Assembly: GCF_024521635.1 (NCBI RefSeq)
Contig: NW_026250404.1
Span: 806,001-870,000, forward strand
Direction of reading: 5' to 3'
Length of the DNA: 64,000 bases
DNA from: Tricharina praecox
Lineage: Eukaryota
Shown: piece by piece, positions 12,815-24,680 of the stretch
Numbering within the stretch: the stretch's first letter is position 1
Layout: each line of letters starts with the position of its first letter
The notes under the pieces: generated by a model
Databases searched by the model: none
Seen by the model: the letters and a program-made list of their open reading frames with translations, nothing else
What the model was told of the DNA's origin: nothing
Position numbers and translations under genes: made by a program

Positions 12815-13586
12815 TGTAAAGTACTAGGTCAAAAGTTTTTGTACAGGGGCCGTTTTACACTAAAAATGCCCATTTTCAAGTAACCAAAACCCACCCTTCA
12901 CGTGGCGGAAAAAAATCGAGTTATTACGTTAGAGAGGTATATGTTTGTGGTGTGGTGGCGCTGTTGTGGAGGTGTACAAAGACTTTTGACCTGATACTTT
13001 ACCTCTCTAACACAACAACCACAGATTAGAAAGTAGTAATAATTGGCATATATCATGAATACATACTAATAAAGCTTCAACGAGACTTCCAACTCTCTAG
13101 GCTGATTATTGTATGCAAAGTAGGGTGGCTTGGCATATTTCCCTTTCACCGAGGCAGGTCATTTCCCACCATAGATACAGCAACCATAAGGTAGTATAAA
13201 AATATGTGGACCATGAGAAGGTCTCCTAAGCGAGGTAGAGAACCTTAATCGAAATCGGCGCATAACTCTGAGTTGTTGTGGTTGAGTAATGCCGTATGGG
13301 AGAGAAGATGGTGTTGAAACTGGTTTTATCGCGATAATTTTGTATGAGGGCCCCATACAAAATCTGAAATCACTCTCCAACTCGTGCACAACACCATACC
13401 ATGCGCCACCAGACCGGAGCAAAAGCCGTCAGAATTCTTATATGTGATGCATTTTGCGATTCTAAAGCTTCTACGAAAGACTCGATTTTTTTCCGCCACG
13501 TGAAGGGTGGGTTTTAGGTACTTGAAAATGGGCATTTTTGGTGTAAAACGGCCCCTGTACAAAAACTTTTGACCTGGTACTTTACC
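12815..13586. mobile_element. Non-autonomous DNA transposon / MITE-like element with 106-bp terminal inverted repeats
   Basis: 12816-12921 is the reverse complement of 13480-13585 with 4 mismatches. A TA dinucleotide lies one base outside each arm (possible TA target duplication). Interior is AT-richer and has no transposase ORF. Confidence 0.85.
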
Positions 13587-16500
13587 TACTCTAGGTACAT
13601 ACCGTACATACACACATGGCATGTCTACCAATGCAAGAATTTTCCGCGTCCATGGTTGAAAAGGCCACATCACGATTTCCGGATCACGCACGTTGTGAGG
13701 GCTTGCGAAAAGAGCTGTATTGCATCTATTCTACTTACCGCTGCGTACTATAGCAAAGAATTGTCTACTCTACTCCGTACCGTCTTACTCTACATACAAG
13801 TGTTTGTTCTGCTGCCCCACAGCCGTGAAAACCGCACTCACGAGTCACATTCGCGCATATAGCCCCGCCTGCCGCAGGCCGCAGGCTGCAGGCTTCAGAC
13901 CGCAGTCCACAGGTCGGCACATTGTGCGTATAGTAATTGCATGCACGGGTATAGTATAGTATGTATAGTAGTGGACTGGTAGTCCAGCGCATGCGCTTCC
14001 GTCGTCCCAGCCCAGCCAGCGCGCGCGGGAACTCTGGCGAGCGAGCGAGGACATGGCGCCAACGAACGAACGTCGTTAGCGGTTATCGCCAGCCACGACC
14101 GAACCCAGAAGTGGCTTGGACACCGTTCCACCGGTACGGCTACGCCTGCAATTCCCGTCCAATCACAGCGGTGAATGAACGCCTTGGGCAGAAATCCGCG
14201 CCGGGATGTGGCATGCTGCTTGCTCATCCGCTCCCATAACGCATGCGCGGATCGGAACCGCAAGGACTGCGGAAGATTGTTTGGTCAGTGCGCGCGCTGT
14301 GAGGTACCGGGACATCGGAAGATACATCTCCATATTGGCCTTTTTGTGAGGAGTGCTATCAGAAGCGGAATACGTGAGGATGTGTGTATTCACCAGCCAT
14401 TCAAATAGACCGCTCAGGCCGGCGTCTTCGGCCATGGCCGAGGACGTACTGCCACAACCAGTCTTCTCAAATCCGGGACAGCTGTCTTGTGGGGACTCAG
14501 AGCACGGGACTGTTCGTTCGCCGACGCCTGGTAGGTGATATCTCGTTCTATAAAGTAACACCACTAAAATCGTTCCTTTCGCCTGGTTGAGACGATAACC
14601 CCGGCGATTGCATATTTGACGCATATCCTATAGACAATAGCTCGTTAAAGAGCTTGTAGAGCCTGTAAAGTCCATACGAATAACGGCGGGTAACCATCTT
14701 TCGCATCCGAACTCGCGTGGACACTGGCAGCTGCATTATCGCGGTCGACGGTGGGCGTTTGTCGCATTCACACTTCTTGGCTAGTGCACAACCCTCGAAT
14801 GCGACTGTCCGATTCTTATGCTGTAGGTGATGGAAAGGCCGAATGTAAGGGTGGTGTCATGCGGATACGGCAACGTGGAAGATGGATGCGCGGGTAATCG
14901 ACAGCGCCGAATGCTCGCCGGTGGAGCCATCTGATAAGGTACACCTGTACCTGGTACTTTCAACAAGGTCACGATAAGTCTTCCGAGGAGTAGGTTTATC
15001 GGGCTCGGATGCCGAGGTATTGTTTATCCACGAACAAATTTTCTGTCGAAAAACAACCGTGATCAGTAGATGCACCATATCTCCGACCGAAATCCCGTAA
15101 AAGTAAATTTAAGGCCCTTCCCTAAAAGTATGTGAAGTTGACGTCCTTCACTCTGCTGATACTGTCGGCAAGCCATCGCTCCGTTCGAACGATTTCGCAT
15201 GATTTGACGTTGCTCTCCGGCTTTGCCCCCACGGGTAGGCTTCTCGATGATCCCTCCCGCCGGGCGGGTTTCCAGGCCAACCCGTCACGGTCCTCACTCG
15301 CAAGGACGGTGGGATGTTCGTCTTCAGCTAGGAGGGCTGCGGATTGCGATGGATGAGGGGTAGATCCGATCATGATTCTAAATTAGAGTCAGTGGAACCT
15401 TAAAACGTTGTAGGGAAGCACGCCTATCCTCCTTTGAAACTACTCACAACATTGGCTAGCCTTAAAGATACTCAGCATGGAGATAACCCATTGACTGACT
15501 CTACACCTTCTCTTCACCGGCCAACCGCAAAACATCGATTCTCAAACTTTGTGGCGAACTTCGCCCTTTACCGACTCCGACCGAAAGAAGGAACGCGTTC
15601 AGGAAACGTTGGGAAGGCATTACTCGGTGAGCAGGGTTCTAGCGACGTGAGGGCCGCGGGTGTGAGTATGTCGGAGAATAGGAAACTGGCAACTTAACGA
15701 GACCACGAGCTAGAGTACGCGGACAGTATTGAAGTCGGAGCATGAGCACACAGCGGCTGGGACTGGCTGGTCTGAAGGCGCCTGTCAGTGATTGCCCCAG
15801 ATATCTCACCTGCTAGGACTGTTCGGGACGAAATGACAAGAATTTAGTAACTTGCTGCGATGTTTGACCGAGGCTGCATGAGTAACAAGGAAAGGTGTAA
15901 CCCAGAGCCGGTGACATCGAAGACCAACACACCAGACGCGTTACTGGGAAAGGCTGGCATCACCTTCCACAGCCAACTCGGGGTTTCTGTTGAGCCCGTT
16001 TCTGCAGAAAGCTCTCGCGTCTCGAACGGGCGGGGTGGAAAAGAGGAAGCAGCTGTGGAATGCTCAACAGTTCGAGTGTGCAGTTGCTCTGGGTGGGGGG
16101 CCGTTCTGATACGGATAGCCACGACAGATGGAATTAGAAGCACGCGGGAAACGCTGGTCATCACTTCACTGAGCACAGAACCCACTTGGCAGATGTGTCG
16201 TTCATCGTATTCGGATCCTGATCGAGGGTGAGCTAAATAGCCTAAACTGACGGCGGTAACAGCGCCGATAATAGCTGGAGCTGTTTTCTTCGAGGGTGCT
16301 GTGAACGAAGACGAAATTCCCGAGAAAGGACCGGGTGTTGTAGACATCTGGGAAGCTCAAAACAAGGCAGAAGGACGGAGAGAAAGGGGTGAGGAATCCG
16401 AGTTTCGTGGCGGTAAACCTGCAACTCTGGCCAAGTACCACAAGGTGCCACAAGTGCAGTAAAAGATGCTGCCACAAGGCTTTGCGATGGTGCAGAGTCA

Positions 16501-16733
16501 CACCCGAACTCTAGGGGGCTTCGGTGGTGGGGAGGTTGGGGGACGGGGAGTTCTGTGGATTAAACTGATATAACAAAAGACCTGAGGGATCCTGACCTCC
16601 GCTAGAGTCCTCCGAATTCAGCCGAGCCACGTTCTCAAAGGAAGATGCCTGGAGAACACTCACAGCCTCAGCAATGGAGAGGTCGGTTCCTGCGCATACG
16701 GCAAGTGCTGGAGCTGGTGGATGGATGGTCTGG

Positions 16734-16853
16734 GACTCCTGATTGTGCACGACGGTCAGCAGCAGATGTATCTCCGAAACAATGACTCCTGATTGTGCAC
16801 GGCGCTCAGCAGCAGCCAGTCAGCAGCTGTGTCTCCGAGACAAGGACACCTGG
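16734..16853. repeat. Degenerate tandem repeat, ~50-bp unit, two copies plus a partial third
   Basis: gactcctgattgtgcacg...cagcagcag...tctccga at 16734 and 16784; partial gacacctg at about 16845. Confidence 0.8.
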
Positions 16854-18371
16854 TTTCTGCGATGGATCAGCCCTCTACCGCCCCCATGCTCCCCTCCATC
16901 CCCTCCCCGCCTGGCTGACGATCCATCTCTTGCAAAGTTTTCTGACCACCAGTGCAGAGTAAGCAGAGTCGGCATCTACGAGACTGTGAATTGGGTTATG
17001 AGGCTTGCCCGCAGTCCGGAAGTGTTTTGCAATAGTGAAGCCCAGAAGTGATTGGCTGGTGGATGTCTATGTGGAAGGCCTAGAGGACTTTTGAACCGGA
17101 CGGGAGAGGAGGATTGTCGAATGAAATCCGCCGCGACTTGCAGTACGTCCACAATTGGCGGTGTGTTGCCTGCGGGTGCCACAAACCTCTCCAGATCCGG
17201 GTCACCCCGCATAAGCATGACGTTTCGATATGGTCGCGAGGAAATTGGCCGTGAGGAATGAGGAATCGGTCGCGAGGGATACCAAGTGTGTCGTTTCTCT
17301 GTGTCCACGGTCCATACAGTGCCCTCATTCATGATTCGACGCGTGCATCTCCTCTAGTCATTGAGTAAGGTACCAGAATTATGGTATGCATGAGAGATCA
17401 TACCTACTATACTCTAGGTGTCTTGGTCGCCATGCCTTCCAGAGTACGTCCTCGTGGGAAAGTCATCGCTGCCGGCAAGAAATCTTCAGGGAAGAAACCC
17501 GCCGGCATCAGTTCGTGGAAACCCTGGAATCGTGCGCACAGCACCAGGCGGCACAGCAGGCGACGCAACTGGCCTGCTCGAGCTCATCCGGGAGCGCAGC
17601 TCAAAGGGGAAACGAAGCAGAATCGATTCAAACGAAGATCATGAATCCTCTTCCTGGGATCTCCCCACGGCACGACGGGGTTCTGGTCGGATCAGATGCA
17701 CGATATATTGTTCGGACGATTGCTTCACGCACATGAGCCAGGGAATGTCCGCCGGTGCCATTCTGGAAACAAACCCTTGTCAGCAGAAGCATCTTCTGCA
17801 CTCCCATTGGCAGTCGATACAAACCTTACCACTAAAGCCTAACTTGCAGCAGCAGGTTGGAGGATTCTACTCTAGGATGACAAACCGATGCGCCACTGCA
17901 AAACTTTGCGCAAGGGACAGGAATTCTAGCGCAGATGTAACCGCTGGGAAGCGCCCATTATCGCGAGTTTGGCACATATTCGCTTCTTCACGTATGACAC
18001 AGCACTCGGCACGAGCCCTCGGCCCCCACAGATCCGCCGAAACGGGGCATTGCAGGACAAATTGCAAGGCGCAGGCCCACCGCATTCCTACCAGCCACGC
18101 AACATCGGGGAAATTGGAGAACAACCAAGCGAGACGTGCAAAGATTATTGGATTGTGCTATGTATCGGTCTTTAATTCCCCAAATCCGAGTGACCAGCGA
18201 CAAATGAAGACTAGCGTGGCCGCTGTTCAATACGAGTGATTTTATGTGTTAAAGGCTACGCACTCGATGGGGCACTGCACCACTGAATAATTCAACGACA
18301 GTGGTATGGAGAGCGACAAAACATCATGGCTGCTATTGGGCCTGGAATAACGGTTGCAATCTACTAGAGGA

Positions 18372-18425
18372 AATATCGAGACTGAATGGAACATCGAGAC
18401 TGAATGGAATATCGAGACTGAATGC
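18372..18425. repeat. 18-bp minisatellite, three copies
   Basis: aa(t/c)atcgagactgaatg(g/c) at 18372, 18390 and 18408. Confidence 0.9.
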
Positions 18426-21400
18426 TACTATTCAGAGCCTGTTTGCGCACCTACATAGTAAGTAAATTAAGTTCTCCATGGACAACTTGGAATCTTATCG
18501 CTCCTGCTGCTCGGCGTTGTCTGCCACCACCATGAGAGGAGCAATGTAGGATAGATATGGGATCAGATAAGATAGGATGAGGGGCTAGTTGGATCAGTGG
18601 ATCCGAATGGTGAAGATAGCCGGACTAGCTAGATCGGGTGGCACCGAACGGTGGAGGTAGCAACAGAGGAGAGCCACAAGATGGCTCTTCAAAATAGAAC
18701 CTCAACTTCTCTATCATCCTTCATTTTTGTCGTCCCCTTCCCGGACTACGTCACTCGGTCAGCGGAAGTTTCGGTTTCGATGGTAGTTGCTTCACGGTGG
18801 AACCATCACCAAAATCCGATAAAAACCAAGATTATTGTTCTTCCAAGCTCAGGGCGGATCACAGCAACCTCCAAGATGTTTCCAATACCCCATCCATGTG
18901 ATTCCTCTCGGTATCCTACTCGCGAAGTGTGTCCCATCAAGGTATTAACACGTTCATTTTAAATAACTCGGATTCTCGCAGCGAAAAAAAGACTTGCAGT
19001 GGCACACACCCCCTCCGTATCAATAGTTTACTCGCCTATGGTTGAAATGACGCCCGGTCAGAATTGCAACTGAGTGAACGGCTGTGATAGACTCGGCTTA
19101 CCCAAAACACTCATCAGGCTGAAAAGCTAGAACCCCTTGAATTAGCTGCTTCGCCTTGCGTCGTGTGTCTAAACTCTTGGATAGACAGTAATGCAACTTC
19201 GCTCACTACCCGCAACCACCATGCGTCAGTAATTCGGACCACTGTTAGTTACTAGCCCTCATCGTCACGGTACATCCCCGCAGCCCACACGATCACCACC
19301 ACCAACGGATACCTCGCGTGTGGGTTGTCCCCTCAGCACCGCGCAGGCAAGCAGCTTATGCCGGTTTAAGGACTGACAGCGCGGGAGCCAGGCGGCTGAC
19401 CGTGCAGCGAAGACGCCAAGGTGCGCTCAGCCGCCGGTCGTTTCGGTCGCACCTTCCATGCGCATTGTTCCACGACTCCACGTTTCCAACCCCGCAATGC
19501 CACTCAGTCATCTGTCTGGTCTAGTCCAGGGGGAGAGTAGACGACGGTAGAGCCTGAAGAGCGGTTGGCAGATAATAGAGTACCTGCCGTCGATAATGGA
19601 TCACAAATTATCACACTCTGCTACGGGCCTATGGCTCCTAGGTTGTGTATATTACCGATTCAAACGTTCCGGTAACTAGGCCTCACTGTGATGACTACAG
19701 TAAATGTTTACTACTGCGACCTTGATGCGATGTACATAGATTATCGCGGCGGCGAAACCCCGTCTACTGCATCTACGATCACTCGTCCCCGTTGCACAGT
19801 GCACGTGCGTCGGGGCTTTCCAAAATTCAAAATTCCGGTGGCTGCACCTATTTTTAGTCTGGCCACCCCCAACTTCAAGTTCCAATTTCCAAGTTCCAAC
19901 AGGTTCGCTTACCTCACAACACTCTCACCCTCAGAAGTTATCATAGAACCATCTACATATACTCCTCTCCGAATCCCGAGAGACATAACTGCTAGTTCTA
20001 CTTATAGAATCCAAAGACTGAAGGCTTTTTTTCCTTTTTTTCTCCCTTCAAGCCCCGCGCGGCCCCACCTGTGCGAGGGGGCATCAGCATCGCAAGGCCC
20101 AATATAGATGTAGAGTGAGCTCAACCTACATAGATTTATACAAGATTTAACGTTTCGCCCTCCCTCCCTCCCTCCGCGGTGTGGAGAGACTCGAGAGTGC
20201 ATACGGTAGCGGTGCAGCGTGGTGCGCATTTCTTGCGTGCTGCTGCAGGAACTGCTTCCCACCCCCCACTCCCCCGCCCCCCCTCCTCCTCTTCAGCAAG
20301 CAAGCATGGAAAGGTTCAGGAGATCCAATCATCAATGTTGCTGTAGGCACCGTCCGACTCGGTTCTACTTTTAGAAATCCAACAGTCATCAATCATAGAT
20401 TCATCACGCCCGTGATGTATGATGTATGATATGTGCGTACGTAGTTATCGATACCGGTATCCATCGTGATTCGTGAGTCGTGACCCCGCGCGGCGCGGAT
20501 GAGCAACGGGCATGGTTCTTGCCCGATATAGATTGATTGGCAAAAGCGGGTTTGTTAACTTTGTTTGTTTGTTCGTTGCGTAGGCGCTAGAGTAGTGATC
20601 CAGCAGCTGAGCAGGAGCAGGAGCGAGAGCGAGCGAGATCGCGGGATAATTCTACAGAACCTCCGCGGACCGCTGCCCCACCCCACTCGGCTCAGGGAGG
20701 TGCCGGTATGTGGCTACTTTACTAGTACCGTGGTTGGCAGTATGCATGCCAATTACCTATGTACCTCACCTCGTCGTCGAGCACCACGGACCATAGCCGC
20801 GCGCTCGCGTTGGCCGTCCTCCTTCCAAGTTCCTCCTCCTCCTTCTCCTCGGAACACACTCGCGACTCCTCCGGCTATCGAACCGGTAGTTACCCTCTAG
20901 CGGCGCCATGGCAGCCACCAAACGTCAGCCCCGCCGATGCCGGACCGCAAAAAGTTTTCCGTTTCTCCACCATGGCCGAGCCCACCTTCCCGGTTCCCGT
21001 CGCCGGTCACTGATGTATGTAGCGGGGTAGTAACTACTAGTAGTTGGACCCCGGCTAGTATGCAGGGTAGCCCGCCGACGTTTCCTTCCTCCACTCCACT
21101 ACGGTACTCTAGGTACGGTGCTCTACTACTGGCCTCTTAACCGAGCGGACGATGAATTCACGAACCCACGCCAAAATAATACCGGTAGTTGGATAACTGT
21201 TAATCCATCGAGCCCTTCGGCCATTTTCTCGGATGTAACTACTTCAGAAGTATTAAGGTAGGTATTTAATGACCAAATATCACGTCAGAGAACTTGAAAG
21301 TTGACACCCGGTGCCATGCAGATACATACCGTACTTACTTACTCCACCATAAGGTTCCCTTCCCGGCCTTCTCTCCTCCAGAGTACCGTGGTAGTATGCA

Positions 21401-22133
21401 TAGCAGTAGTAGTAGATCCCTCCCCCAATAACTAGCCGCAAACCCCATCACATCTACACAAGTTGCCCCCCATGTCTCCTCGAAGCTGCCCATCCGCCCG
21501 CGAACCCGCCAGTTAACCGTCCCCGGCCTCCATAAGCCGAGCCTCCAGTTGAACGACGGCTGGCGTGCTTCCCTACCCACCCAGGTATATTAGGTACACA
21601 TCTTACATAGCTTAAATTCCCAAAGCCATGATATCCTTCCAAAATTGAGCCGGCGATATCAGAGGTGATGTGGCGTGCGCGCACCGGAGTTACGGAAAAG
21701 TATGCATCTCAGTATCTCAGTATCAGTGAGTGGCTTGTCCACTGCCCAGCGGCCGCACCGTGCAGATCTAAAAGTAGAAAACCCCGATTCATCCGTGGGC
21801 CATGCATACTACACACATACATGCATACCGTCTGCGCACGCCCACCCACGGGATCGAAAAGGCACACACTTGAATGAGTCTCCATCAACCAAACGAGACA
21901 AACGCCTCCCTCTCACCCTCCCTCCACAGAATCGCCGACGCCGACACAGACTACTTTCAAGTCTCGAATATCTATCAAGGCCAGGCCAGACCAATCTACT
22001 ATCCACTCCGTTACCCGTGCGTAGAAAAATAAACAGTGCTCCTAGCTATATACTCCAGATAGGCATGTATGTGTGTAGATATGTGTTGCTGGATGCAAAC
22101 GTACGGCGTCAGTGCGTCTTTGGCCATGGCATG

Positions 22134-22194
22134 CATGAGCATGAGCACGAGCATGATGAGCATGAGTACGAGCATGATGAGCATGAGCATGAGC
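22134..22194. repeat. Imperfect (CATGAG)n microsatellite
   Basis: catgagcatgagcacgagcatgatgag...; it produces the HEHEHE and MSMS pseudo-ORFs in the track. Confidence 0.85.
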
Positions 22195-22663
22195 GTGGAG
22201 GCGCTTCCGGGAAACGAAACGAGACGATACGAGACAGAACAGAACGGGACAGAACAGGAGTCGAAACAGAACGAGACAAAATGATAAGTGATAACTGAAT
22301 ACATAAGTAGGGAAGAGTGGAGTGGAGAGTGGAGTGAAAGGTCTCTTAATTCCGGTAAAGATTGGGGCAAGTGATGGGGCAAGTGATGGGACACAGTGCC
22401 CCCCCTCCCCGCCGGACGGACCATCTCTTCTTCTCCCCACCCCACACACCTATGGAGAGAATGCGACTGGATCTCACGCGATTAATCGTTAGGGTGCAGC
22501 GCACGAATCTGGCAATAGAGATGGTGGACACAGTGTGGTCGTGGCTGCTCGTGGATGCTATTAGTAGCCCCCCCCCCCCCCCCCCCCCCTCCCTCGCCAG
22601 ATCCGCCGCGCAGGCTAGACACGCACTGCGGGTTGACAAGTGATACGCCAGAAGCTATCTTGA

Positions 22664-22675
22664 GCTCTGGCTGTG

Positions 22676-22712
<37 letters not shown>
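22664..22712. repeat. (GGCTCT)n microsatellite
   Basis: Repeated ggctct units; a long poly-C run lies nearby at 22568-22589. Confidence 0.85.
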
Positions 22713-24680
22713 ATTCCTGTGTTCCCTGCGTCCGTCTCGCCGATGCTTGCTTGCTTGCGGGAGGGAAGGGGGAATAATCCCACCGCTCAAGCGAAGGACG
22801 GGCAGCTACAGTATACCGCGTAATGCTGGATTGTCTCCCCCTCTAAAAAAGAAAGATACCTCACATGATGTATATAGCCAATGTCATCCCATCCCAGCGG
22901 ACACTAGGTACCGTACCGGTTCTCTAAGTAAGTAGTGTCCGGGGACCTTGGAAGTTATGTAAGTATAGCAGCCCGTCCATCCTTCCATTCATATCCATCC
23001 AAACAGAGTGACTGTATATCCAAATACCCAAGACCAAGATGCTATCCCCCCGTCCAGCGATAGGCACTGGGAGAACCCTATGCGGAACAAGGACTCTGGT
23101 ACTTGCCGCCGTACCGCCGCGCAGGGCCTCAACCCACCGTACCGGTTCCTCCGTCTAATAGTATCTATTCGCCGAGTAAACAAACGACAGAGATGTCGCA
23201 TGGAAGCCTCCCCATATCCCTCTCCCTGCCTATTGATATCGATATCGGTATCGATACTATACCTCCCCCGCCCCGCCCCCAGGTATCGATCAACCGACAT
23301 CCACAGTTGCATCCCCCCCTGCCATCCCCATCCGAAAGTTCACAGTACAGTACATGAATAAGGTAGCAGAACCTCGCAATAGACTACAAAGCTCAAAGCC
23401 CAATGCCCAAACTCCAAACTCCAAACTCCAAACCACAGTCAGTTCTCAGCAGACCTACCCCCATCCGCTGCGCGTGCGGATCATAGCACTGTATACTAGT
23501 AGCATAATCCAGGGTTACCGAGGAAACGCCCGTCGCCCGCCGCCCGTCGCCCGCGGGGGAATCTGGACTCTGGACTCTGGACTCTGGGTATCTACCGGTA
23601 GAGTATGATATCTCTTGCCCCCCACCCCCCATCCCATCCGATTACCGCTGCTGGTTGCACTGCACTGCACTGTACGCATGTACGTACATACAGCGGATAG
23701 GATTCCTGATATGTTGATCTGTAGCGGAAGTTGGAGCGGACTGTTCTGTTCGCTTCGCCTCGCTCTTTACCCACTTCACATGTGCTTACAAGTTGCCCCG
23801 GCTAGATAGTAGACATCCCCTACACACAGCACACTGCACGGAAAGCCCAAGCCCAAGACCCAGACCACATCAATGGAACAAAGTATTTATACACCCACAC
23901 GCCAAAAAGTTATTGACATGAAAGTAAAAGTAAAAGGTTGCTCGGAGCACCGTAGTAGGTACATAGCAGTACCGGTAGACAAGTACCTACAATGTAATGT
24001 ACGAAGACATATCGGACATATCCCCCAATCCCCGCTCGATGATGATCTCCGCCTCGAGCCCCCCAAGTTCCCACCTTGTCCTCACCATATCTCCGAAAAT
24101 ATCCCCCTTCCCGCCAACCCAACCCAACCCAATCCCATCGTCACCATATCGAAGCAAGAATGCGCCCACACGCACAGAGATATCGATGAGACCCGCCCCC
24201 CAAAAGTCCTAAAAAGTCCAAAAGGAACAGAAGAAGAAAGGAAAAGAAAAAAGAAAAAAGAAAAAAGAAAAAAGAAAAAAGAAACAGCTAGAAAAGCAAA
24301 AAAAAGAAGAAGAGCCAACCCTTTCTCCATCCATGCCCACGATAACCATGCCATTCGTCAAAAATATACATACATACATGCGCAGCGAGCTGCAGAAAAT
24401 GTTCCAAATCAGTGAGAATATCATCACCATACCAATTGCATCCATCCGTCCCTTCCCGCCAAAATACTCTTCACCGAATGAGTGCAAAAAAAAAGAATCC
24501 CCTCCCAAAAAATCGCTTCTGAAAACCAATGCAAAAAAAAAAAAAAGTAAAAACAAAATCAAAGGACCTGCACTCAAAACCGCCTAATTCGGCTGAAAGA
24601 CTCGTCATGCCATTCCCTCCCATATCGTATCTAAAATAACTGTTGAACTTTCAAAGAACTAGACGTCGTACCAATGGTGT

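Noticed and set aside
16734..18425. Short repeats as a CRISPR-like array
   Set aside because: Tandem units without unique spacers, in a eukaryotic context with no cas genes.
21675..22449. His/Glu-repeat ORF suggesting metal binding
   Set aside because: Produced by a CATGAG microsatellite; all frames are open and the flanks look non-coding.
23873..24587. Poly-Lys ORF resembling a nuclear localisation signal
   Set aside because: Comes from A-rich tracts that correspond to the U-rich 3' region of sltA on the other strand.
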